Assembly (NCBI GenBank): GCA_951406725.2
Contig: OX597826.1
Span: forward strand, 22,134,001-22,198,000
Length of the DNA: 64,000 bases
DNA from: Octopus vulgaris
Taxonomy: Eukaryota
Direction: 5' to 3'
Numbering within the stretch: the stretch's first letter is position 1; every line of letters begins with the position of its first letter. The translations under genes and the position numbers were made by a program. A model generated the notes under the pieces. The model saw only the letters and a program-made list of their open reading frames with translations, was not told where the DNA came from and searched no databases. Of the stretch, positions 36,433 through 49,508 are shown in pieces.

Positions 36433-38747
36433 CTGAAATATATTAATAAGTAAAAAGATAGGTTTGATGGGTAAGTAGAGACAAACATAAGGTAGACAAA
36501 CATGGGTAAGTAGATAGGTAGGAAAGAAAGTAGGTGGATAGGGTGTAGATAAATAGAAAGGTAGCTAAGTACAATGGTGTGTGTGTGTGTGAATGGTATA
36601 TAAATCTTTAGTTAAATATATTCTATAAGAATATTATATACTGAATTTACAGTGAGTGCTCTTTTGTATCAAAGTATTAATACTATTAAAGTATTTATAC
36701 ATTTAATATGAGTGATTATATATAATATATTGTGAAATAATATCAGGAAATTAAAATCAGAAAAATTCTTCAGAAAGATATATACATGTGTAGAATAATT
36801 ATTGTATTAAAAATATAAATATATATAAAAATATATGTAAATATGTATAAATATATAATAATAATAAATATGACAGTTTAAAATTAAGTTTTTAAAGCAT
36901 TTTACGATTGTTTCACAAAAGTATTGTCTCTATAATGGAATTCTTTATTGTAAACATTTATAGACAACACTTCTGCTCCTCAGAGATATGAAATGTGATG
37001 TTTGTATAATTTATTGAATGGTAGTTTTTAAAAAAAATATGAAGCAATATGGGAAAACGTTATTTGTTTGAAATATAAAAAAGTTACTGTTTTTGATTTT
37101 GGTAAATACACTTTAGTATGAATTCTAAAATATGGTTCATAAACGTAGATAATATAAAATGTATGCAAAATTATAAAATGATTTCTTTATTTTCCACAAG
37201 GGGACATACAGAGGGGATAATACAGCCTGGTTGGGGTCAGACACATATAGATGGTTGTAAAATTAAATGAGCAAATATGAAAATCGAATGATAAAAGACA
37301 ATTACAAAACAATAAAAATAGAAATGAGGTATTAAAACAGGCTCCGACCCCATGAGCCCTGCATCTCTACCGACACCTTCTGGTCACCTTTATAGCGTGT
37401 TCACAGAGTCTTTCATACCCAACATTCATGCTACACACATCCATCTATCTTTGTACATTCTCACTGACAGGTATCTCCTCTCTAGCCCAACTTTCCTTTG
37501 CAGGTAAAAGGCGAAGACATTCACCAATGTGACGCCAGAGACGAAGCTACCTGTCATTACTCCTTTCACTCTCAACTTCCAAATCACTGCTTTCGCGATT
37601 GCTACTACCACAAGAAAACAATTCTTCACTAAGGAAATCTGGTGGATCAATTTTTAAAATTGACTCAGACAATAGCTGTACTCTCCTCACATCTGACAAC
37701 AGATGCTGTGCAAAAGCCCATACTTCTGACACACCCGGACACTGAACAATAGCATGCAGGATGGTTTCCATGTCCTGCCCACATCTTAGACAGGCTGATG
37801 GCCCAGGATGACTGTGTCTAGTGAGCTTATCCTGAACTGGTAGGGCTCCTTGGTAACACTGTCAGGCCAGAGACTTTTGGAAATTATCCAGTGCCCTTGG
37901 CTCGAATGTTCTTCGAAACAGACGGTCCAACTGATTATCATCAAGACCCAGGGTCCTCCCCAGGGCATCATTCCAGCCCCTACCAACCTACTATAGAAAG
38001 CCGTGTGGTGGTACTGAAACTGCTGGCATTGCCTGAGCTGTAGAACTGGAGAAGAGCCTTGTGGCACTCCATGTACCCAACCTTGATCTTCAACGAAACC
38101 AGTTTTCGCTTCCACCAAAACTAGTGAACCTGGGGAATATCCATTTCGCAAATGAAGACCACACCTGTTCACCATCCAGGTAAAGTAAGAGGTGCCTCAA
38201 CCTCAACGTATGAGTAACGAAGGATCTGTTATCGATTCACTGGAAGGGTGTCGATATCCGATCTAGTCACATACAATTTTGTAAGACAATACAGACGAAG
38301 TCAGGTGTAGGTAAAAAGACAGCAGTTCGTTTACTTATTGCGATGTCGTACGTGTGTCTGATGGGAGAAAGACAACCTCTGATGTGCAGCTTCTTGTTAG
38401 TTTGTTGATGGTCGTTGGCGGCTATCAGTGAGGTTGTCAGAGCCTGTTGAATGTACGTCCGATCACGATGAGCTGTGGAGCCGGAGAGAAAGATTTGAGT
38501 TTTGGCGGGTAAGGGAACGTTTCCTGCACATGCGCATGGGGAAGACTTCCGGTGGCCACCCGGAAGTAGTCCAATTCTGCGCATGCGCGCTGAACCCTAC
38601 ACAGTAGCATCACTACAAGGCTCCCCTTCGAATGCGAAGTACGACAACAAGAAAATTTGTGGTGGTGCTGCAGAAAACAGAAGGCTTGCCGATCTCCCAG
38701 AAGACTTGGTACATAATATCATACAACAAGAAAATTTTGAAAGAAAG

Positions 38748-41700
38748 TTAAATGTAGATTGTCTTTGAAAGTTTCTTGGGCCAATGCACTGTTCTGCCCG
38801 ATTTTGTAACATACGGTGTGCTCGGGGCATCCGTTGACGGCGAGGGTGGTGTTGTAGGAGCCGGTGAAGGCAAAGGCGTCTGTGCAGGTGAAGGTGTTTG
38901 TGCAGGTGAAGGCGTTATTAAAGGTGCATAGGTGGGTGTGTCAAGGTTATCATCAAAAGATGAAGACGTCTCAAAATGTGCTTTTTTTAAACGGTCCACG
39001 GAAACGGTCTCCGAACGACCATTTATCTCAATCATGAAGACCTTTGGTGTGCGAGAAAGCACACGGAAAGGTCCTTTATAGGGAGAAACAAGTGGGCCCT
39101 TCACAGAGTCGTCCCGAACAAAAACATGCGACCAGGTGTTCATATCCGGTGGAAGATGGGACGGTGGAGATTGCTTTCTGGGAACCATGGGTGGAAGGTG
39201 CGAAAAATATGCACGCAGTCTGGTGACATAGGTCGCCGGATCATGAGGCTGGGAAGTGTCTGGCACCAACATCGTACCAGGCAATGCCAGTGTGGTACCA
39301 TACAGCAGCTCTGCAGCAGAAAACCCCAGGTCTGCCTTGACAGCAGTCCGACAGCCGAGAAGCACAATGGGCAGAAATTCAATCCAGGACTGTGGGTCTG
39401 AAGAGGCATGAAGAGCGGCCTTGAGCTGTCTATGGAACCGCTCAACCAATCCATTAGACGCTGGATGGTAGCTTGTAGTGTGGATATGGTGCATACCCAA
39501 AATTCGTGACAATTCGCGAAATAGCGAGGCTTCAAACTGACGTCCACAATCAGTTGTCAATCAGGACGGGACTCCGAAGCGAGAAATCCAGTTTGAAACG
39601 AAAGCTCGCGCAACAGTCTCAGCAGAAATGTCTGCTATCGGAATGGCTTCTGGCCAGCGGGAGAAGCGATCGACACAAGTTAACAGATAAGAGAACCCGC
39701 GACTCACAGGCCATGGTCCAACCAGATCGATGTGGACATGGCGAAAACGGGCCTCCATGGGGGCAAATTGTCCAAGCGGGGCACAAACGTGCCGTTGAAT
39801 CTTGGACCATTGACACTTGGAGCAGGTGCGTGTCCAAGAAGTAATAGTGCGACGCATATTCGGCCAGAAAAACCGAGCAGTGATTAGTTTAAGGGTGGCA
39901 GCGATGCCAGGATGTGATAAGGAGTGCAGTGCTTCAAACACTGAGCGTTGATGGTTCTCAGGCACCAGTGGCCTGGGAGAACCAGTGGAAGTATCACAAA
40001 GAATGGTGCCTTCGGCTGACGGAAGCGGAAGGTAGGAAAACTGGCAACGGGAGAACTTGGGAGAAGTTAAGTCTAATGACGACAAAGGTGGCTGCTCCTG
40101 CGAGATGGCAGCTAAGTCGATAGCAGCAGGAGACGAAAGGGTGCAAACTGGAAGGCGAGAGAGAGCGTCAGCAGGAACGTTCTCTTTTCCAGGTATGTGT
40201 CGAATGTTGCTAGTGAATTGAGAGATAAAATTCAGGTGCCGAAAAGCACGGGGTGAGAGTTTGTCCGTTTTTGAACACAGGGCAAACGTAAGGGGCTTGT
40301 GATCCGTATAGATCACAAAATCTCGCACTTCAAGTTGATGCTGGAAATGACGAACCGATAGATAGATCGCTAGGAGCTCACGATCAAAGGTGCTGTATCG
40401 TCGTTCAGCTGGTTGCAGTTGACGGGAAAAGAAAGCTAGAGGTCGAATATGATCATCCACTGTGTGTTGTAACACAGCGCCAATCGCAGTGTCCGATGCG
40501 TCCACAGTCAAAGAGAGAGAAGCACCAGGAACTGGATGTGCAAGCAAAGAAACAGAAGCCAGCTCCTTCTTAATGGACTCAAAGGCTGTCACTGCCTCAA
40601 CAGAGAGGGTGACTTGACTGTCCTTTCTAGGAGAGTCCTTTAATAGCCTGGTAAGAGGTAGCAGCTTATCTGCACAACCTGGAATGAAACGTCTGTAGAA
40701 GTTGATCATCCCTAGATAATGCCTGAGCTGGCGCAAGGAAGTGGGGGGTGCGATGCGTTGAATGGCATCGACTTTTGATGAGAGAGGGCTGATTCCAGTT
40801 GAATCAATATGATGGCCTAGAAAATCTAGGGAAGAGCGTCCGAAAGCACACTTGTCGGGATTTATACGTATGCTATAAGCACGAAGACGCTGAAAAAGCT
40901 GAGAAAGGTGCTGGAGATGATTTTCACGTGTGTCGCTCGCAATGAGTATATCATCGACATAGGCAAACACAAAATCAAGACCGCGGACAACCTCATCAAT
41001 GAAACGCTGGAAAGTGCTAGTAGCATTCCGCAAACCGAAACTCATGTACAAAAACTCAAAACACCCAAAGGGGGTAGTGATCGTAGTTTTCGGAACGTTG
41101 GCTGGGTTGACCGGTATTTGATGGTACGCGCGTATAAGGTCGACCTTCGAAAAAATGGTACAACCATGGAGATTTGCTGTAAAGTCCCGGAGATTTCTAA
41201 TCGGGTATCTGTCAGCTATAGTTACGGCATTGAGGCATCAATAGTCTCAGTCCGGGCGAAAATCAGACTCGCCCTTTCGCGCCAAATGAAGGGGAGATGC
41301 CCATGGGCTGGTGGAGGGGCATATAAGGCCAAGTTGAAGCATGTGCTCAAACTCGGCCCTGGCCGTTTTTAGTCGGTCTGGCGCAAGGCGCCGGGGGCGT
41401 GAGAATACAGGCGGCCCATTGGTGGTGATGAAATGGAGGGTCGAGTGGGTAGGCTTTTCCGGTTTAAAGGCAATGTCCACTAGCTCCGGAAATGAAACCA
41501 AAAGAGAGTGAAAAGGGTCTCCAGAGGTGGCAACAAAGAATGTCGGGCTAAGGACCGCAGTGGTGGAACTCCCAGTCGGTGTAGAGAGCGACGTCGTGCT
41601 ATCGAGAAGCCTCCGACGCCTGACATCCACCAATAGATTAAACCTATCCAGGAAATCAGCGCCAAGAATACGATGCGGGATGTCAGCGATGACGAAAACC

Positions 41701-41996
41701 CATTGAAAGTCTCAACGAAGGTTGAGGTCGAGGCGCAGCGAAATCTGACCGTAAGTGGTTATGGGAGACGAGTCAATAGCATGCAAGACAATCGAAGAGC
41801 GCTTGGGCTTGTCTGCAGCCAGACGAAGGGGCCAGATGCTGCAACAGGAGCCGGTGTCCACCATGAAGAATTTCTTCGACACCAGATCTTTTACAAAGAA
41901 TGCACGATGTTTGGGAAACGAGATGGAAGAAGGTGACGTGCTCACCTCCTCCGGATTTAGTTTTCCGAGGGCTTGAAAGTGCACGGCTGGGTACAC
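38748..41996 (-). pseudogene. Gypsy pol (PR-RT-RNaseH-INT) with a few nonsense mutations
   Basis: [56 protein letters not shown] and NGLVERFH motifs. Confidence 0.93.
41925..41966 (-). promoter_or_regulatory. Putative -1 programmed ribosomal frameshift signal at the gag/pol junction
   Basis: G_GAA_AAC immediately before the gag TAA, 7-nt spacer, hairpin GGAGGAGGTGA-gcacg-TCACCTTCTTCC; pol lies in the -1 frame. Confidence 0.7.
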
Positions 41997-42637
41997 CGAT
42001 CTGCCCTTTCGGCAGAGCGACTACGACTGCGTTGTCGGCGCTCGATCGCACGGGACAGATCATCGATTCGCCGCATGAGCGCATCGATCCGCTCGGTTAG
42101 TGAAATTTGTGCAGGGGAAACTGTCGGAGGGGGCCCTATACATGCACACAGGCCTCGCGATGGAGATGGATTCGGAAATTCCAGTATTCTATCGGCCATC
42201 GTGGCAATCTGATCAACTGACACAGACTCCAGTACCGTGGCCAGCATTGTCTGCACGTGGGCAGGCAACCTGGAGAAAAATATCCTCCGTAAGAGCGGCG
42301 TGTTCGCTGCATTGCCGCTAAGATCCCTTAGATGGTGCAGGAACTGGGATGGAGTTCTGTCCCGCAACTGCTCGTCGGCCATCAGCTCCTGAATATTGCT
42401 CTCCCCCGACCGTGTGTTGCGGCGGAGGATTTCTGCTTTCACGGATGCGTATGTGGCGTCCGGGTGGGGACTTATTATTAGATCTCTGATCGATGCGGCG
42501 AGTTGGGGATGTAAGCCGGAATATAGCAGGGGCAACTGCTGCTGTGGAGAAATGGCATGTGCCTCAAAATACCACTCCACCTGGGCAAACCACAGACCCA
42601 CATCCCCCGTGAATGAAGGCAAACTTGATGCAGCCAT
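41957..42637 (-). CDS. Gypsy gag ORF (226 aa)
   Basis: LPSFTGDVGLWFAQVE, RTPSQFL and RSRSRS motifs; position between PBS and protease. Confidence 0.85.
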   Translation of the reverse strand: MAASSLPSFTGDVGLWFAQVEWYFEAHAISPQQQLPLLYSGLHPQLAASIRDLIISPHPDATYASVKAEILRRNTRSGESNIQELMADEQLRDRTPSQFLHHLRDLSGNAANTPLLRRIFFSRLPAHVQTMLATVLESVSVDQIATMADRILEFPNPSPSRGLCACIGPPPTVSPAQISLTERIDALMRRIDDLSRAIERRQRSRSRSAERADRCTQPCTFKPSEN

Positions 42638-44864
42638 GTCTTTGTCGGAAGGAATCTGTCAGAAAGGGGCAGAAGGTATGATCGAGAAATGGAGAGAGAA
42701 CATGTGGAACCGACAAAGCAAATCAAAATTATGTTTTGTGTACTGTTGTGTGTGTGAGTGCACCTCGTGGGTAACAAAAAATAAGTGTGTGTGTGTACAA
42801 GGAAAACAAAATACAGAAAAGGAAAAAAAAAAAATGAATGTGTGTGTGTTTTCTTTTTTTTCTTATTTTGTGTACTGAGTGCGATGAATAAGCTTGTTTG
42901 TACCCACCTCACCGTACTGAAAGAAAAAAAAATATGAAAAAAAATGAATGTTCAGTGCTCAATCTGGCAAAAACCTGTTCGCTGCGTCTTCTGTTCTGTT
43001 CTTTTTTTTTTCAGCTTGGGGTCACCAATTGTAACGAAGGATCTGTTATCGATTCACTGGAAGGGTGTCGATATCCGATCTAGTCACATACAATTTTATA
43101 AGACAATACAGACGAAGTCAGGTGTAGGTAAAAAGACAGCAGTTCGTTTATTTATTGCGATGTTGTACGTGTGTCTGATGGGAGAAAGACAACCTCTGAT
43201 GTGCAGCTTCTTGTTAGTTTGTTGAAGTTTGTTGATGGTCGTTGACGGCTATCAGTGAGGTTGTCAGAGCCTGTTGAATGTACGTCCGATCGCGATGAGC
43301 TGTGGAGCCGGAGAGAAAGATTTGAGTTTTGGCGGGTAAGGGAACGGTGGCCATTCTGCGCATGTGCGCTGAACCCTACACAGTAGCATCAGTACATATG
43401 TTTGCACATCAACAGCCAAGGCATCCCTAATCCACCCTTTAATGGTTTTTGAGAGCAGATAGAATGTCTCACAAGTGGAGCGGAGCTCTTCTACAAGGAA
43501 CAATGGTTAGACGGTAAACGATGAATGATGTGATAAACACATTGGCCACCTCTGCCCTCCCTTTTGAGGACAGCCACCACCAAAACTAGGGCTCGAATAT
43601 GAGGCTCACCTTGCTCACCACCTCAGACCAGCTCTTTTCTATCTGGAGATCTGGACCAAACTAGATTCCTAGCAGCTTAACCGGGCCCTCCATCCAGTGT
43701 CCCACGACGCTATTCAAAGGCATCGACTTGCTTCTCCAGGTACCGAGTTGCAAGCCAATTGATTTTTCCTGGTTAATCTTTGCTCCTGCCACAGTCTCAT
43801 AAGCCTTGATGGTCTCGCCTACTTTCTGTAGGAGTTCCATCTTGGTCACAATGATAGGGATGTCATCCGTGACAGCTGAAACCAATCCTCCACCACCTGG
43901 ATTTGTTGGGATGCCACTCAGCTTTTGCAGCAATGGCTTGAGGGCCATCATGTACAAAAACAGTGAGAGTGGACACTCCTGGTGAACCGAACACTTGATA
44001 CAGAACAGCTTTGAGAGAAAGCCATTCACCCGAACGATCGAGTTGATGTTGTCGTACAACTGTATGATCCACCTAAGGAAACCAAGACCCAGTCTGAACT
44101 GCGCAAGAATAGATACCAGGTAATGATGGTCTACCCTATCAAATGCTTTAGCTTGGTCTAAATGGACCAGTGCCCCTCCCTCCAGAATCATTACCAAACC
44201 CTTCTATAGTGTAGTGTATAAGATGAAGATTATCCTGGATGGTTCTACCAGGGATCACACACATTTGTGCTTCCCCAATCAGGTCATCTGTGACATGCAT
44301 CAATCTTTTTGCCAACGCCTTGGCCAAAATTTTCACCTCTGCATTCAGCAGAGTGATGGGCCAAAAGTTATCTATACTATCCTCCTCGTCCGGGTCCTTC
44401 CTGACCAGTGTCACCACTCCCCAGCGCACAGATCTGGGGATCAACCCATTCTGCTGCCAGTTCACGTAAACACTAGCCAGTATGTACCTGAACAAGTCTG
44501 GCATACTCTTATATAGTTCATATGATAGATCATCAAGGCCCAGTGCCTTAACACCGTCGCAGTTCGCTATGGCCGCTATCACATCCTGAGGTGTGACTGA
44601 CCCTTCACAGCATTCTTCATCCCACTCCAAGAGATGCGGCAGCCCGGCAAGGAAGTCAATAAGGCCTCTCCTACCATTCGGTCCATTACTCCCACCAAAA
44701 AGCTGGGCAAAGTGCTCCTGAAAAGTCTTAGACATCTCCTCAGGTTCATTTATCAACTCATCTTGTCGGTTCACCACAGATCAAATTATGGAATTATTTG
44801 CACATTGCAAAACCATTGGTCACTCTATGACCGAACATAGAGTTAATGATGTTAATCAATATAT

Positions 44865-45141
44865 ATCATCATCATCATCGTCGTCGTCGTTTAACGTCCG
44901 CTTTCCATGCTGGCATGGGTTGAATGGTTTGAGGACTGGCAAGCCAGAAGGCTGTACTAGGCTCCAATCTGATCTGGCAAGATTTCCACAGCTGGATGCC
45001 CTTCCTAATGCCAACCACTTAGAGAGTGTAGTGGGTACTTTTTACATGCCAACAGCATGAGGGCCAGTCAGGCGGTACTGGCATCAACCACGCTTGAATG
45101 GTGCTTTTTATGTGTCATCAGCATGGGAGCCAGTCAGATGG

Positions 45142-45145
<4 letters not shown>
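44865..45145 (-). mobile_element. RTE 3' tail
   Basis: (TCA)n then tttaacgtccgctttccatgctggcatggg. Confidence 0.8.
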
Positions 45146-45172
<27 letters not shown>

Positions 45173-45539
45173 ATCCTTCAGGCAGCACACATGTCTGGCC
45201 AAGGACATGGCATATTGTCTGTCCAGGATCCTGAATGAGGACCTGTGGTTGGAGACATGCTGCTTGAAGGTGTTTCCGGAACATCTCGTATCTTCGTATG
45301 CTACTGCTGCCAATGCTGTTGCTACTTCTGCTCCTGCTAGTGCTGGTGTCATTAATGCTGGCATTGGTGGCGGTGCTGGTACTGCTATAGTCATCATCGT
45401 TACTGTTGGAGCTGTTATCAGTGTTTGTTGTTGTCCCTGTTATTATTGTTATCCTCATTAGCATTATAATTAATGAGGCTGCTGCTGTTGCTGTTTCTGT
45501 CAATGAGCCCCTTGGTTTTGTATTGGCCACTTACTAGGC

Positions 45540-46850
45540 ATTTGCTGTAGTCCCCGCATGAACATCTGGCCTCCATCCGTGGTCTAGGGGTGTTAACTGA
45601 AATACTCTTAATATTGGGGGAACAGTTAGAAGAGACTCTTTGGTTGTGTCTGTTAAATATGTGATTGTGTAAAGTGCTTGTCTATTAACCTCAGGAATAT
45701 CACACCCACACACACTTTTACATTGAGGCAGAACATGTGTAGGTAGGGAGAAGGGGAGAACCAAATGACATTTCAGCAGCACTTCCTTCTGTGGGTGTTA
45801 GGGCCCAGCATGTAAATGTGGTTCATGAACCTGCTAGCAGCTAGGGCTGAGGTGCTCTTGCTGACACTCTTCACCAGGTTTTCGAACACAGTGGATGGTT
45901 GGCAGGAGGCTGTGTTGATAGATGCCAGCCTCTTGTTTAGCTTAATAAGAATAAGAATAATAAGAATAAGTGTAATAATTCTTTATCTGAAGACTTTCTA
46001 ATAGGCCTGTAAGATCAAGAGCTCAAGTTGAGTGTGATGTCTAAAAAGTCCCCAGTGGTAAGGTTGGTCTTGATTGTAATTTTCACTGCCATGGAGCTAA
46101 GGGTGCAAATCAGATCTTTCCTAAGCCTGTCTAGGGTGTGCCCATTAGCTCCTCTAGAGATAGCCAGGGAGTCACCTCTGTAGAGACCAAAGAGGACAGA
46201 TGGGAATTTCTTCTTTAGGGTATCCAGGAGGTCACATACATTAGTGCTGTCATAGGCCTCCATCATCACAGGATTGGTTTGCTTAACCCAAGTTGAGCCT
46301 TTGTTGAACAGCACCGATTCCCTGGCATGCATTGCGACATCTATGTCCTAATCACTAATGTCAGCAAAGCCCCCAGTGAAGGAAAGTGCCTTGACTAGTA
46401 ACCTTTTTGATATAGAGGTAAAAGTTGGGTGGACCTTGTTCTGCCCCTCCCCTTGTTGGTATTAAACCCTGTAATCACTTAGGGAGAGGTTGGTGGTTCT
46501 CCTTATGTTGTTGTTGATGTTCCTCACTATGTGCTTGTTTGCCAGACCAATCTCAGATTTAGCTGGGTTGATCAGGTGGGATTTGGGGTTCAAGGCAAAG
46601 TTTGGTTTATGGTCTTTGATAAGAATAAAGGCATTCCTTTTAACTAAAATTTCTAGCCGATCTGCTATATCTAAGTATGCATTGGCTAACTGTTTGGCTT
46701 CATTGTTGATGTTGTATGTATGAGGGGGATGCGCACCTATAGTTTGGTGTAATGTTGTTTTCTGCTATAAACATAGTTGTCTCTCCTATATAGGATTTTT
46801 GTCTTGTCTGAGATGAGGGACTTGTCAGAATTTTTTAGTAGTCTACGTCG
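45540..46850 (-). mobile_element. Decayed Penelope-like element of the same type as 7557-10655
   Basis: SDKT, AFILIKDHKPNF..PKSHLINPAKSEIG, HARESVLF, MEAYDS, LYRGDSL, DFLDITLNL align with the 7.5-9 kb RT. Confidence 0.8.
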
Positions 46851-48002
46851 ATTAGGGATAGCAGTCTAAGGGAGACAACCTCCTTGCGCATAACTGCTTT
46901 TGTCCGTGCGTTTGACAACTAGTTATGAGGTCTTTTCTTCCGCCACTTTGATGAGTTTATTGGCCACTGGCCATTAGGGTCTGAAGAGATGCTATAAAGC
47001 TAAGTGCTTTATGGATGTGAGACATAGGGTAACTCCACAGACTGGCCATATTTATCTTTATCTAATTACTCTACTGCACTATAACTTACAGTGTGGTTTG
47101 CTTTCACATTTGATTTATTGATGATATATATGTATAATATATATCAGAGAGAGAGAAAGTTATAGTGGAATATTGATGAAGAAGCCAAAGGTGTGCTGAA
47201 GTTAAAATCAATTAAGGTTAATTACAGTTAAGGTGTGGAAGTGTGTGTGTGTGGGGGGGGGGGAAGTGGTGTTTAGAGCAAAATTATTAGAACCATGGCC
47301 ATCCCATCAGTTTATTCAGTATTTCTAGGGTTTTCTTATCTACTGCTGTTTCTTGCAGGTCGAACAATCAGACACAAGATCGTTTGATGGGTAGTGGTAT
47401 TTATCAGAAGCATAGGGTGATATGATGTGGTGGTGGTGGTGGTAGTGGTGGCTGTTTTGGATGAATATCTGATATAGAGGAGACATGTGATGAAGGGGGA
47501 CTATTTGGGGTGGCTATGAAACCCATACTGTGAAATGTGCTGTGTGTGGGTGGATGTGAGTGTACATGTGTGTGTGTGATTGTTTTGAAATACTGACAGT
47601 TAAACTGAATGTTTGATGATGCCTGGCTGGGTGAAGATAATTTGCCAGATGAGGATGGTGGTGGCAGAGTGTAAAGAATAGATGAGATGGAAAAGATGAG
47701 AAGTTCTTCAGGTAAAGAATAAGTGTAATAATTCTTTATCTGAAGACTTTCTAATAGGAAATTCTTTACATGTCTATCTAATATGTAAATCTTTGTGATT
47801 CCTATTAGCAAACAAAACACGTGCAATGGAGAATAAATAATACCAAAAGATCTCCATTTTCCTGTTTTGTTATAAATTAACTCTGCAAATAGTTTTTCCA
47901 TTATTCTCAATTTTAATATGTATTTTGACTCACATACAGCAACAACTATAAATACATATGAATTGGAATATTGGAATATGCAGATGCACTTCAAGTGGAA
48001 AC

Positions 48003-48101
<99 letters not shown>

Positions 48102-48207
48102 TATCTTAGTTTATAAATCAGTTTCAAGCAGGGAGTTTCACAAAAAAAGTGAGCTTCAAACATGTGTACAGTGTCTGGCTTTACATAAAGGATTTCAATT
48201 TACTCAC

Positions 48208-48330
48208 CAGCTTTTCAGCATTAGAGTCCAGTTCATTTAAATCATTCTTGAAATCACAATCCATCATTATGTTGGCAGTTAATGTAGTTTGGTCATCATC
48301 GTCTGGCAAGCGGTTTTTTGTTATGCTTTC
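48208..48330 (-). CDS. Host gene exon ESITKNRLPDDDDQTTLTANIMMDCDFKNDLNELDSNAEKL
   Basis: cttaccag acceptor, CTG|gtgagt donor, 123 nt, phase 0-0. Confidence 0.78.
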
Positions 48331-49331
48331 CTGGTAAGTTATAAAGAATTTTCTTATTGAAAAATAGAATATTCTTTTAATGAATGTACAAAGATAAAAA
48401 CTCGAGAATTCATGGAATTTAACAATTTCTTAATTTATATGTTTATTAATTATTTGAAAGCATTTTTAGACAGCAAATGGTATTTCTGTGAAAATACACT
48501 ATTTTAGAATTACTATTTGGTAAGAAATTCATTTTAAAGAATTTTTATAGGTATCCTCAACTTTTTCTCCAAGTAGGACCTAACTAATTCAAATATTGTC
48601 AATGAAGGAAGGTTTTTAATCTAAATAGAGAAATGGAATCTATTTTCTGTAAAAAGACAAGGCAAATATAATGGAGTTTCTGTAGGAAAAGTTGAACACG
48701 ATCACCTGACAGTGTCAATATTGAGAATTTTGTCAAATATCTGTGTCAATAATTTGATGTCATAAGAATTTAGACACTTCAAGACAATATGAATTCTTTT
48801 TTTGGAACGATGAAACTCAAAGCAAATAAAGCAATAAATAATAGTGTGCAAATATTGGGTTAAGGAAACCATTTGGATAGAAATCTTTATCTGCTTTGAG
48901 CTTCCCCATTTCAAAATAGAATTATTTCATGTTCTCTTGAAGTTCTAAAATGAATAAAGAAATTCAAAGGAGTGATTTGTTCCGATGGTAGAACATCTGT
49001 CATGTCTACAGAAAATTTGGATTTGAGTCCCACAGGTAGCTTCAGACTTCTATACAAACACACTATTATTAATGTTATCTGCTTTGAGTTTCACTGTTCC
49101 AAAGATATATATTATATTATGTATTTATTTAGTGTGATTTAGATAAAAATTGCACAACAAAATTACCAGGATTTAGAACTATGTCTCTATTGCTGTATAT
49201 TCTGAAGGAACACTGTGAGAAGGACTTGGACAAAAATGTCCAAAGTTTGTTCATAAAATATTTAGTTACTTCACCATATATGCATTTCATTAACAATGAA
49301 ATAAATAGCCACTTAACGTATGAAAAATTTT

Positions 49332-49508
49332 ATAAGCAGATTGTTTTGTCAAATTTTCAGAGATTGTGTAATTCTTCTTAATAACCTTTAGTACTGAAAC
49401 TGGAATGCTGAGTTGATGCTGTAATAGTGTTGGCAGTCTAATATGAATACTAAAGGTTATTAATGAGAGTTATATAATCTTTGAAGATTTGACAAAGCAA
49501 TCTACTTA
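49332..49508. repeat. Imperfect ~70-bp-arm inverted repeat (MITE-like)
   Basis: taagcagattgttttgtcaaat..ttaataacctttagta vs tactaaaggttattaa..atttgacaaagcaatctactta. Confidence 0.65.

Larger units (their letters stand above)
38213..43396 (-). mobile_element. Full-length, relatively young Ty3/Gypsy LTR retrotransposon
   Basis: LTRs 43030-43396 (5') and 38213-38617 (3'); 4-bp TSD TATG; PBS TGGTGACCCC (tRNA-Trp-like) at 43018-43027; PPT gaaggggagcct at 38618-38629. Confidence 0.95.
37190..44780 (-). mobile_element. Degenerate L1/Tx1-like LINE split by the Gypsy insertion (37190-38212 and 43397-44780)
   Basis: PITLLNAEVKILAKALAKRL, GRTIQDN, LDQAKAFDRVDH, QECPLS RT motifs; C-terminal CLRC..ETILHAIVQCP finger. 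Confidence 0.85.

Noticed and set aside
39561-39563. In-frame TGA in the Gypsy integrase as possible readthrough or selenocysteine
   Set aside because: Most simply a CGA>TGA nonsense mutation; other lesions exist in the same pol
45174-45270. Inverted repeat ccttcaggcagca..tgctgcttgaagg with ctgaatga..gaga inside
   Set aside because: Core spacing is wrong for a hammerhead and there is no second copy to support it
45134-45530. Ala/Thr/Ser-rich ORFs
   Set aside because: Degenerate trinucleotide low-complexity sequence without splice or homology support
46975-47046. Hammerhead-like CTGAAGA..ataaagc/gctttat..GAGA next to the decayed Penelope
   Set aside because: GAAA box and helices I and III are degraded; plausible relic but not supportable as a feature
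47404-48096. 230-aa ORF
   Set aside because: Starts in microsatellite and ends in low-complexity sequence; at most an 18-nt exon (47844-47861, ENGDLL) with a weak acceptor
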